DNA from: the human T2T-CHM13v2.0 reference genome, Homo sapiens | Length of the DNA stretch: 64,000 bases | Assembly (NCBI RefSeq): GCF_009914755.1 | Contig: NC_060938.1 | Strand: one strand, 5' to 3' | Shown here: positions 52,801-64,000 of the stretch, piece after piece | How positions within the stretch are numbered: the first letter of the stretch is position 1 | Layout: each line of letters opens with the position of its first letter | The notes under the pieces: model-generated | Database searches by the model: none | Seen by the model: only the letters and a program-made list of their open reading frames with translations | Told to the model about the DNA's origin: nothing | Program-made: the position numbers and the translations under genes

Positions 52801-55800
52801 TCAAAAGGAAGGTTCTTCTCTGTTAGGTGAGTGCATACGTCATAAAGGAGTTTCTGAGAATGTTTCTGTCTAGTGGTTATGGGAAGATATTTGCTTTTTC
52901 ACCGTAGGCCTCAGAGCGCTCCAAATATCCACTTGCACATACTACAAAAAGAGTGCTTCAAAGCTGCTCTCTGAAACGGAATGTTCAACTCTATGAGTTG
53001 AATGCAAACATCACAAAGACGTTTCTGAGAATGCTTCTGTCTAGATTTGATATGAAGATATTCCCGTTTCCAACGAAATCTTCAAATCTATCCAAATGTC
53101 CACTTGCAGATTCAACAAAAAGTGTTTTTCAGAACTGCTCTATCAAAAGAAAGATCCACCTCTGTTAGCTGAGTTCACACATCACAAACAAGTTTATGAG
53201 AATGCTTCTGTCTAGTTTTTATTTGAAGATATTTCCTTTCTCACCATAGAGCTGAAAGCTGTCCTAATGTTCACTTCCAGATACTACAGAAAGAGTGTTT
53301 CAAAACTGCTGTACGAAAGGGAATGTTCAACTCTGTGACTTGAATACACACATCACAAAGAAGTTTCTGAGGATGCTGCTGTCTACTTTTTATACGTAAT
53401 CCCGTTTCCAACGAAATCCTCCAAGCTATCCAAATATCCACTTGCAGATTCCACAGAAAGGCTGTTTCAAAACTGCTCTGTCAATAGAAAGGTTCAACTC
53501 TGTTAGCTGCGTGCATATATCCCAAAGAAGATTCTGAGATTGCTTCTGTCTAGTTTTTATGGGAAGATATTTCCCTTTTCACCGTAGGTGTCAAGGCGCT
53601 CCAAATGTCCACTTCCAGATACTACAAAAAGAGTGTTTCAAACCTACTCTGTGAAAGGGAATATTCAACTCTGTGACTTGAATGCACATATCACAAAGAA
53701 GTTTCTGAGAATGCTTCTGTCGAGATTTTATATGAAGATATTCCCGTTTCCAACGAAATCCTGAAATGTATCCAAATATCCCCTCGCAGATTCTACAAAA
53801 AGAGTGTTTCAAAACTGCTCTGTAAAAAGAAAGGTTCAACTCTGTTAGTTGAGTACACACATCACAAATAAGTTTCACACAATGCTTCTTTCTAGCTTGT
53901 AGGGGAAGATATTCCCTTTATCACCATGGGCCTCAAACCGTCTGAAACGTCCACTTCCATATACTACAAAAAGAGCATTTCAAACCTGCTCTATGAAAGG
54001 CAATGTTCAACTCTGTGACTTGAATGCAGACATCACAGAGCAGTTTCTGAGAATGCTTCTGTCTAGATTTTATAGGAAGATATTCCCGTTTCCAACGAAA
54101 TCTTCACAGCTATCCAAATATCCACTTGCAGATTCTACAAAAAGAGTGTATCAAAACTGCTCTGTCAAAAGGAAGGTTCTTCTCTGTTAGGTGAGTGCAT
54201 ACGTCATAAAGGAGTTTCTGAGAATGTTTCTGTCTAGTGGTTATGGGAAGATATTTGCTTTTTCCCCGTAGGCCTCAGGGCGCTCCAAATGTCCACTTGC
54301 ACATGCTACAAAAAGAGTGCTTCAAAGCTGCTCTCTGAAAGGGAATGTTCAACTCTATGAGTTGAATGCAAACATCACAAAGACGTTTCTGAGAATGCTT
54401 CTGTCTAGATTTGATATGAAGATCTTCCCGTTTCCAACGAAATCTTCAAATCTATCCAAATGTCCACTTGCAGATTCAACAAAAAGTGTTTTTCAGAACT
54501 GCTCTATCAAAAGAAAGATCCACCTCTGTTAGCTGAGTTCAGACATCACAAACAAGTTTATGAGAATGCTTCTGTCTAGTTTTTATTTGAAGATATTTCC
54601 TTTCTCACCATAGACCTGAAAGCTGTCCTAATGTTCACTTCCAGTTACTACAGAAAGAGTGTTTCAAAACTGCTGTACGAAAGGGAATGTTCAACTCTGT
54701 GACTTGAATGCACACATCACAAAGAAGTTTCTGAGGATGCTGCTGTCTACTTTTTATACTTAATCCCGTTTCCAACGAAATCCTCCAAGCTATCCAAATA
54801 TCCACTTGCAGATTCCACAGAAAGACTGTTTCAAAACTGCTCTGTCAATAGAAAGGTTCAACTCTGTTAGCTGCGTGCATATATCCCAAAGAAGATTCTG
54901 AGATTGCTTCTGTCTAGTTTTTATGGGAAGATATTTCCCTTTTCACCGTAGGCGTCCAGGCGCTCCAAATGTCCACTTCCAGATACTACAAAAAGAGTGT
55001 TTCAAACCTACTCTGTGAAAGGGAATATTCAACTCTGTGACTTGAATGCACATATCACAAGGAAGTTTCTGAGAATGCTTCTGTCGAGATTTTATATGAA
55101 GATATTCCCGTTTCCAACGAAATCCTGAAATCTATCCAAATATCCCCTCGCAGATTCTACAAAAAGAGTGTTTCAAAACTGCTCTGTAAAAAGGAAGGTT
55201 CAACTCTGTTAGTTGAGTACACACATCACAAACAAGTTTCACAGAATGCTTCTTTCTAGCTTGTAGGGGAAGATATTCCCTTTATCACCACGGGCCTCCA
55301 ACCGTCCGATAAGTCCACTTCCATATACTACAAAAAGAGCGTTTCAAACCTGCTCTATGAAAGGCAATGTTCAACTCTGTGACTTGAATGCAGACATCAC
55401 AGAGCAGTTTCTGAGAATGCTTCTGTCTAGATTTTATAGGAAGATATTCCCGTTTCCAACGAAATCTTCACAGCTATCCAAATATCCACTTGCAGATTCT
55501 ACAAAAAGAGTGTATCAAAACTGCTCTGTCAAAAGGAAGGTTCTTCTCTGTTAGGTGAGTGCATACGTCATAAAGGAGTTTCTGAGAATGTTTCTGTCTA
55601 GTGGTTATGGGAAGATATTTGCTTTTTCACCGTAGGCCTCAGAGCGCTCCAAATATCCACTTGCACATACTACAAAAAGAGTGCTTCAAAGCTGCTCTCT
55701 GAAACGGAATGTTCAACTCTATGAGTTGAATGCAAACATCACAAAGACGTTTCTGAGAATGCTTCTGTCTAGATTTGATATGAAGATATTCCCGTTTCCA

Positions 55801-58000
55801 ACGAAATCTTCAAATCTATCCAAATGTCCACTTGCAGATTCAACAAAAAGTGTTTTTCAGAACTGCTCTATCAAAAGAAAGATCCACCTCTGTTAGCTGA
55901 GTTCACACATCACAAACAAGTTTATGAGAATGCTTCTGTCTAGTTTTTATTTGAAGATATTTCCTTTCTCACCATAGAGCTGAAAGCTGTCCTAATGTTC
56001 ACTTCCAGATACTACAGAAAGAGTGTTTCAAAACTGCTGTACGAAAGGGAATGTTCAACTCTGTGACTTGAATACACACATCACAAAGAAGTTTCTGAGG
56101 ATGCTGCTGTCTACTTTTTATACGTAATCCCGTTTCCAACGAAATCCTCCAAGCTATCCAAATATCCACTTGCAGATTCCACAGAAAGGCTGTTTCAAAA
56201 CTGCTCTGTCAATAGAAAGGTTCAACTCTGTTAGCTGCGTGCATATATCCCAAAGAAGATTCTGAGATTGCTTCTGTCTAGTTTTTATGGGAAGATATTT
56301 CCCTTTTCACCGTAGGTGTCAAGGCGCTCCAAATGTCCACTTCCAGATACTACAAAAAGAGTGTTTCAAACCTACTCTGTGAAAGGGAATATTCAACTCT
56401 GTGACTTGAATGCACATATCACAAAGAAGTTTCTGAGAATGCTTCTGTCGAGATTTTATATGAAGATATTCCCGTTTCCAACGAAATCCTGAAATGTATC
56501 CAAATATCCCCTCGCAGATTCTACAAAAAGAGTGTTTCAAAACTGCTCTGTAAAAAGAAAGGTTCAACTCTGTTAGTTGAGTACACACATCACAAATAAG
56601 TTTCACACAATGCTTCTTTCTAGCTTGTAGGGGAAGATATTCCCTTTATCACCATGGGCCTCAAACCGTCTGAAACGTCCACTTCCATATACTACAAAAA
56701 GAGCATTTCAAACCTGCTCTATGAAAGGCAATGTTCAACTCTGTGACTTGAATGCAGACATCACAGAGCAGTTTCTGAGAATGCTTCTGTCTAGATTTTA
56801 TAGGAAGATATTCCCGTTTCCAACGAAATCTTCACAGCTATCCAAATATCCACTTGCAGATTCTACAAAAAGAGTGTATCAAAACTGCTCTGTCAAAAGG
56901 AAGGTTCTTCTCTGTTAGGTGAGTGCATACGTCATAAAGGAGTTTCTGAGAATGTTTCTGTCTAGTGGTTATGGGAAGATATTTGCTTTTTCCCCGTAGG
57001 CCTCAGGGCGCTCCAAATGTCCACTTGCACATGCTACAAAAAGAGTGCTTCAAAGCTGCTCTCTGAAAGGGAATGTTCAACTCTATGAGTTGAATGCAAA
57101 CATCACAAAGACGTTTCTGAGAATGCTTCTGTCTAGATTTGATATGAAGATCTTCCCGTTTCCAACGAAATCTTCAAATCTATCCAAATGTCCACTTGCA
57201 GATTCAACAAAAAGTGTTTTTCAGAACTGCTCTATCAAAAGAAAGATCCACCTCTGTTAGCTGAGTTCAGACATCACAAACAAGTTTATGAGAATGCTTC
57301 TGTCTAGTTTTTATTTGAAGATATTTCCTTTCTCACCATAGACCTGAAAGCTGTCCTAATGTTCACTTCCAGTTACTACAGAAAGAGTGTTTCAAAACTG
57401 CTGTACGAAAGGGAATGTTCAACTCTGTGACTTGAATGCACACATCACAAAGAAGTTTCTGAGGATGCTGCTGTCTACTTTTTATACTTAATCCCGTTTC
57501 CAACGAAATCCTCCAAGCTATCCAAATATCCACTTGCAGATTCCACAGAAAGACTGTTTCAAAACTGCTCTGTCAATAGAAAGGTTCAACTCTGTTAGCT
57601 GCGTGCATATATCCCAAAGAAGATTCTGAGATTGCTTCTGTCTAGTTTTTATGGGAAGATATTTCCCTTTTCACCGTAGGCGTCCAGGCGCTCCAAATGT
57701 CCACTTCCAGATACTACAAAAAGAGTGTTTCAAACCTACTCTGTGAAAGGGAATATTCAACTCTGTGACTTGAATGCACATATCACAAGGAAGTTTCTGA
57801 GAATGCTTCTGTCGAGATTTTATATGAAGATATTCCCGTTTCCAACGAAATCCTGAAATCTATCCAAATATCCCCTCGCAGATTCTACAAAAAGAGTGTT
57901 TCAAAACTGCTCTGTAAAAAGGAAGGTTCAACTCTGTTAGTTGAGTACACACATCACAAACAAGTTTCACAGAATGCTTCTTTCTAGCTTGTAGGGGAAG
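49835..58000. repeat. Three near-identical tandem copies of a 2728-bp 16-mer variant
   Basis: ccacgggcc at 49835, 52563 and 55291 (spacing 2728). Each is followed by ttgaatacaca, gaaaggctg and aagatcttccc in the same relative positions. Confidence 0.85.
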
Positions 58001-61000
58001 ATATTCCCTTTATCACCATGGGCCTCCAACCGTCCGATAAGTCCACTTCCATATACTACAAAAAGAGCGTTTCAAACCTGCTCTATGAAAGGCAATGTTC
58101 AACTCTGTGACTTGAATGCAGACATCACAGAGCAGTTTCTGAGAATGCTTCTGTCTAGATTTTATAGGAAGATATTCCCGTTTCCAACGAAATCTTCACA
58201 GCTATCCAAATATCCACTTGCAGATTCTACAAAAAAAGTGTATCAAAACTGCTCTGTCACAAGGAAGGTTCTTCTCTGTTAGGTGAGTGCATACGTCATA
58301 AAGGAGTTTCTGAGAATGTTTCTGTCTAGTGGTTATGGGAAGATATTTGCTTTTTCACCGTAGGCCTCAGAGCGCTCCAAATATCCACTTGCACATACTA
58401 CAAAAAGAGTGCTTCAAAGCTGGTCTCTGAAACGGAATGTTCAACTCTATGAGTTGAATGCAAACATCACAAAGACGTTTCTGAGAATGCTTCTGTCTAG
58501 ATTTGATATGAAGATATTCCCGTTTCCAACGAAATCTTCAAATCTATCCAAATGTCCACTTGCAGATTCAACAAAAAGTGTTTTTCAGAACTGCTCTATC
58601 AAAAGAAAGATCCACCTCTGTTAGCTGAGTTCACACATCACAAACAAGTTTATGAGAATGCTTCTGTCTAGTTTTTATTTGAAGATATTTCCTTTCTCAC
58701 CATAGAGCTGAAAGCTGTCCTAATGTTCACTTCCAGATACTACAGAAAGAGTGTTTCAAAACTGCTGTATGAAAGGGAATGTTCAACTCTGTGACTTGAA
58801 TGCACACATCACAAAGAAGTTTCTGAGGATGCTGCTGTCTACTTTTTATACGTAATCCCGTTTCCAACGAAATCCTCCAAGCTATCCAAATATCCACTTG
58901 CAGATTCCACAGAAAGACTGTTTCAAAACTGCTCTGTCAATAGAAAGGTTCAACTCTGTTAGCTGCGTGCATATATCCCAAAGAAGATTCTGAGATTGCT
59001 TCTGTCTAGTTTTTATTGGAAGATATTTCCCTTTTCACCGTAGGTGTCAAGGCGCTCCAAATGTCCACTTCCAGATACTACAAAAAGAGTGTTTCAAACC
59101 TACTCTGTGAAAGGGAATATTCAACTCTGTGACTTGAATGCACATATCACAAAGTAGTTTCTGAGAATGCTTCTGTCGAGATTTTATATGAAGATATTCC
59201 CGTTTCCAACGAAATCCTGAAATGTATCCAAATATCCCCTCGCAGATTCTACAAAAAGAGTGTTTCAAAACTGCTCTGTAAAAAGAAAGGTTCAACTCTG
59301 TTAGTTGAGTACACACATCACAAATAAGTTTCACACAATGCTTCTTTCTAGCTTGTAGGGGAAGATATTCCCTTTATCACCATGGGCCTCAAACCGTCTG
59401 AAACGTCCACTTCCATATACTACAAAAAGAGCATTTCAAACCTGCTGTATGAAAGGCAATGTTCAACTCTGTGACTTGAATGCAGACATCACAGAGCAGT
59501 TTCTGAGAATGCTTCTGTCTAGATTTTATAGGAAGATATTCCCGTTTCCAACGAAATCTTCACAGCTATCCAAATATCCACTTGCAGATTCTACAAAAAG
59601 AGTGTATCAAAACTGCTCTGTCAAAAGGAAGGTTCTTCTCTGTTAGGTGAGTGCATACGTCATAAAGGAGTTTCTGAGAATGTTTCTGTCTAGTGGTTAT
59701 GGGAAGATATTTGCTTTTTCCCCGTAGGCCTCAGGGCGCTCCAAATGTCCACTTGCACATGCTACAAAAAGAGTGCTTCAAAGCTGCTCTCTGAAAGGGA
59801 ATGTTCAACTCTATGAGTTGAATGCAAACATCACAAAGACGTTTCTGAGAATGCTTCTGTCTAGATTTGATATGAAGATATTCCCGTTTCCAACGAAATC
59901 TTCAAATCTATCCAAATGTCCACTTGCAGATTCAACAAAAAGTGTTTTTCAGAACTGCTCTATCAAAAGAAAGATCCACCTCTGTTAGCTGAGTTCAGAC
60001 ATCACAAACAAGTTTATGAGAATGCTTCTGTCTAGTTTTTATTTGAAGATATTTCCTTTCTCACCATAGACCTGAAAGCTGTCCTAATGTTCACTTCCAG
60101 TTACTACAGAAAGAGTGTTTCAAAACTGCTGTACGAAAGGGAATGTTCAACTCTGTGACTTGAATGCACACATCACAAAGAAGTTTCTGAGGATGCTGCT
60201 GTCTACTTTTTATACTTAATCCCGTTTCCAACGAAATCCTCCAAGCTATCCAAATATCTACTTGCAGATTCCACAGAAAGACTGTTTCAAAACTGCTCTG
60301 TCAATAGAAAGGTTCAACTCTGTTAGCTGCGTGCATATATCCCAAAGAAGATTCTGAGATTGCTTCTGTCTAGTTTTTATGGGAAGATATTTCCCTTTTC
60401 ACCGTAGGCGTCCAGGCGCTCCAAATGTCCACTTCCAGATACTACAAAAAGAGTGTTTCAAACCTACTCTGTGAAAGGGAATATTCAACTCTGTGACTTG
60501 AATGCACATATCACAAGGAAGTTTCTGAGAATGCTTCTGTCGAGATTTTATATGAAGATATTCTCGTTTACAACGAAATCCTGAAATCTATCCAAATATC
60601 CCCTCGCAGATTCTACAAAAAGAGTGTTTCAAAACTGCTCTGTAAAAAGAAAGGTTCAACTCTGTTAGTTGAGTACACACATCACAAACAAGTTTCACAG
60701 AATGCTTCTTTCTAGCTTGTAGGGGAAGATATTCCCTTTATCACCATGGGCCTCCAACCGTCCGAAACATCCACTTCCATATACTACAAAAAGAGCGTTT
60801 CAAACCTGCTCTATGAAAGGCAATGTTCAACTCTGTGACTTGAATGCAGACATCACAGAGCAGTTTCTGAGAATGCTTCTGTCTAGATTTTATAGGAAGA
60901 TATTCCCGTTTCCAACGAAATCTTCACAGCTATCCAAATATCCACTTGCAGATTCTACAAAAAGAGTGTATCAAAACTGCTCTGTCAAAAGGAAGGTTCT

Positions 61001-64000
61001 TCTCTGTTAGGTGAGTGCATACGTCATAAAGGAGTTTCTGAGAATGTTTCTGTCTAGTGGTTATGGGAAGATATTTGCTTTTTCACCGTAGGCCTCAGAG
61101 CGCTCCAAATATCCACTTGCACATACTACAAAAAGAGTGCTTCAAAGCTGCTCTCTGAAACGGAATGTTCAACTCTATGAGTTGAATGCAAACATCACAA
61201 AGACGTTTCTGAGAATGCTTCTGTCTAGATTTGATATGAAGATATTCCCGTTTCCAACGAAATCTTCAAATCTATCCAAATGTCCACTTGCAGATTCAAC
61301 AAAAAGTGTTTTTCAGAACTGCTCTATCAAAAGAAAGATCCACCTCTGTTAGCTGAGTTCAGACATCACAAACAAGTTTATGAGAATGCTTCTGTCTAGT
61401 TTTTATTTGAAGATATTTCCTTTCTCACCATAGACCTGAAAGCTGTCCTAATGTTCACTTCCAGTTACTACAGAAAGAGTGTTTCAAAACTGCTGTATGA
61501 AAGGGAATGTTCAACTCTGTGACTTGAATGCACACATCACAAAGAAGTTTCTGAGGATGCTGCTGTCTACTTTTTATACTTAATCCCGTTTCCAACGAAA
61601 TCCTCCAAGCTATCCAAATATCCACTTGCAGATTCCACAGAAAGACTGTTTCAAAACTGCTCTGTCAATAGAAAGGTTCAACTCTGTTAGCTGCGTGCAT
61701 ATATCCCAAAGAAGATTCTGAGATTGCTTCTGTCTAGTTTTTATGGGAAGATATTTCCCTTTTCACCGTAGGCGTCAAGGCGCTCCAAATGTCCACTTCC
61801 AGATACTACAAAAAGAGTGTTTCAAACCTACTCTGTGAAAGGGAATATTCAACTCTGTGACTTGAATGCACATATCACAAGGAAGTTTCTGAGAATGCTT
61901 CTGTCGAGATTTTATATGAAGATATTCCCGTTTCCAACGAAATCCTGAAATCTATCCAAATATCCCCTCGCAGATTCTACAAAAAGAGTGTTTCAAAACT
62001 GCTCTGTAAAAAGAAAGGTTCAACTCTGTTAGTTGAGTACACACATCACAAACAAGTTTCACAGAATGCTTCTTTCTAGCTTGTAGGGGAAGATATTCCC
62101 TTTATCACCATGGGCCTCAAACCGTCCGATAAGTCCACTTCCATATACTACAAAAAGAGCGTTTCAAACCTGCTCTAGGAAAGGCAATGTTCAACTCTGT
62201 GACTTGAATGCAGACATCACAGAGCAGTTTCTGAGAATGCTTCTGTCTAGATTTTATAGGAAGATATTCCCGTTTCCAACGAAATCTTCACAGCTATCCA
62301 AATATCCACTTGCAGATTCTACAAAAAGAGTGTATCAAAACTGCTCTGTCAAAAGGAAGGTTCTTCTCTGTTAGGTGAGTGCATACGTCATAAAGGAGTT
62401 TCTGAGAATGTTTCTGTCTAGTGGTTATGGGAAGATATTTGCTTTTTCCCCGTAGGCCTCAGGGCGCTCCAAATGTCCACTTGCACATGCTACAAAAAGA
62501 GTGCTCCAAAGCTGCTCTCTGAAAGGGAATGTTCAACTCTATGAGTTGAATGCAAACATCACAAAGACGTTTCTGAGAATGCTTCTGTCTAGATTTGATA
62601 TGAAGATATTCCCGTTTCCAACGAAATCTTCAAATCTATCCAAATGTCCACTTGCAGTTTCAACAAAAAGTGTTTTTCAGAACTGCTCTATCAAAAGAAA
62701 GATCCACCTCTGTTAGCTGAGTTCACACATCACAAACAAGTTTATGAGAATGCTTCTGTCTAGTTTTTATTTGAAGATATTTCCTTTCTCACCATAGAGC
62801 TGAAAGCTGTCCTAATGTTCACTTCCAGATACTACAGAAAGAGTGTTTCAAAACTGCTGTACGAAAGGGAATGTTCAACTCTGTGACTTGAATGCACACA
62901 TCACAAAGAAGTTTCTGAGTATGCTGCTGTCTACTTTTTATACGTAATCCCGTTTCCAACGAAATCCTCCAAGCTATCCAAATATCCACTTGCAGATTCC
63001 ACAGAAAGACTGTTTCAAAACTGCTCTGTCAATAGAAAGGTTCAACTCTGTTAGCTGCGTGCATATATCCCAAAGAAGATTCTGAGATTGCTTCTGTCTA
63101 GTTTTTATGGGAAGATATTTCCCTTTTCACCGTAGGTGTCAAGGCGCTCCAAATGTCCACTTCCAGACACTACAAAAAGAGTGTTTCAAACCTACTCTGT
63201 GAAAGGGAATATTCAACTCTGTGACTTGAATGCACATATCACAAAGAAGTTTCTGAGAGTGCTTCTATCGAGATTTTATATGAAGATATTCCCGTTTCCA
63301 ACGAAATCCTGAAATGTATCCAAATATCCCCTCGCAGATTCTACAAAAAGAGTGTTTCAAAACTGCTCTGTAAAAAGAAAGGTTCAACTCTGTTAGTTGA
63401 GTACACACATCACAAATAAGTTTCACACAATGCTTCTTTCTAGCTTGTAGGGGAAGATATTCCCTTTATCACCATGGGCCTCAAACCGTCTGAAACGTCC
63501 ACTTCCATATACTACAAAAAGAGCATTTCAAACCTGCTCTATGAAAGCCAATGTTCAACTCTGTGACTTGAATGCAGACATCACAGAGCAGTTTCTGAGA
63601 ATGCTTCTGTCTAGATTTTATAGGAAGATATTCCCGTTTCCAACGAAATCTTCACAGCTATCCAAATATCCACTTGCAGATTCTACAAAAAGAGTGTATC
63701 AAAACTGCTCTGTCAAAAGGAAGGTTCTTCTCTGTTAGGTGAGTGCATACGTCATAAAGGAGTTTCTGAGAATGTTTCTGTCTAGTGGTTATGGGAAGAT
63801 ATTTGCTTTTTCCCCGTAGGCCTCAGGGCGCTCCAAATGTCCACTTGCACATGCTACAAAAAGAGTGCTTCAAAGCTGCTCTCTGAAAGGGAATGTTCAA
63901 CTCTATGAGTTGAATGCAAACATCACAAAGACGTTTCTGAGAATGCTTCTGTCTAGATTTGATATGAAGATATTCCCGTTTCCAACGAAATCTTCAAATC

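Larger units (their letters stand above)
1..64000 (-). repeat. Centromeric alpha-satellite (alphoid) tandem array, ~171-bp monomers, single orientation
   Basis: Seen: motifs such as ttctgagaatgcttctgtctag, gttcaactctgtgacttgaatgca and tccacttgcagattctacaaaaagagtgtttcaaaactgctct recur every ~171 bp from base 1 to 64000. Established: these are the reverse complement of the alphoid consensus (CATTCTCAGAAACTTCTTTGTGATGTGTGCATTCAA...). No non-alphoid sequence or inversion was seen. Confidence 0.99.
11709..64000 (-). repeat. Homogeneous HOR domain: ~38 copies of a 1364-bp 8-mer, alternating two haplotypes (2728-bp 16-mer); SF2-type, D20Z2-like (tentative)
   Basis: ORF starts at 13073, 14437, 15801 ... 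63541 differ by exact multiples of 1364. Units differ only by scattered substitutions, and almost all CENP-B boxes are intact. The chromosome assignment is inference from recalled HOR sizes, not from an alignment (confidence in it is about 0.5). Confidence 0.95.

Noticed and set aside
463-63738. Dozens of near-identical 65-113 aa ORFs on both strands (MKGNVQLCDL.., MLQS.., MKLICDV..)
   Set aside because: These are chance stop-free frames in alpha-satellite, repeated at the HOR period. Many start at GTG/TTG, they have no recognisable domain or gene structure, and single SNVs create or destroy them freely.
212-64000. Regularly spaced conserved 17-30 bp motif resembling a CRISPR direct repeat
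   Set aside because: The intervening sequences are ~320 bp and mutually homologous rather than unique spacers. The motif is the CENP-B box, and there are no cas genes.
1-64000. Possible transposon insertion, inversion or non-alphoid island
   Set aside because: Every stretch read fits monomers a-h in the same orientation. The exact 1364-bp register after 11.7 kb excludes insertions there, and length changes before it are whole dimers or 1-2 bp deletions.
1-64000. A previously undescribed biological system
   Set aside because: All content is explained by a known satellite family and known turnover processes. Only the specific variant architecture might be unreported.
1-64000. Firm chromosome assignment
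   Set aside because: SF2 arrays share closely related monomers, and 8-mer units are described for several of them. D20Z2 is favoured only by the 16-mer alternation, and an alignment is required.

Overview
The whole 64 kb window is one uninterrupted, unidirectional array of primate (very probably human) centromeric alpha-satellite DNA. It has ~171-bp monomers (about 375) in A/B dimers, with a CENP-B box in every second monomer (dimeric suprachromosomal family, SF2-like), arranged as a 1364-bp 8-monomer higher-order repeat (HOR). I label the monomers a-h. I found no genes, RNA genes, transposons or CRISPR arrays; the ORF track only reflects the repeat period. There are two domains. (1) ~1-11.7 kb is a divergent, mosaic segment with indels, about ten broken CENP-B boxes, a 4-mer deletion variant and a 14-mer variant with hybrid monomers. 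(2) ~11.7-64 kb is a highly homogeneous segment with an exact 1364-bp period, where two 8-mer haplotypes alternate (effective 2728-bp 16-mer). Shared rare SNVs there reveal nested tandem duplications of 2, 4 and 6 HORs and longer-range copies. The 8/16-mer structure suggests D20Z2 (chr20), but D18Z1 and D14Z9/D22Z1 cannot be excluded without alignment. I see no evidence of a new coding system; the interest lies in the readable record of array evolution.
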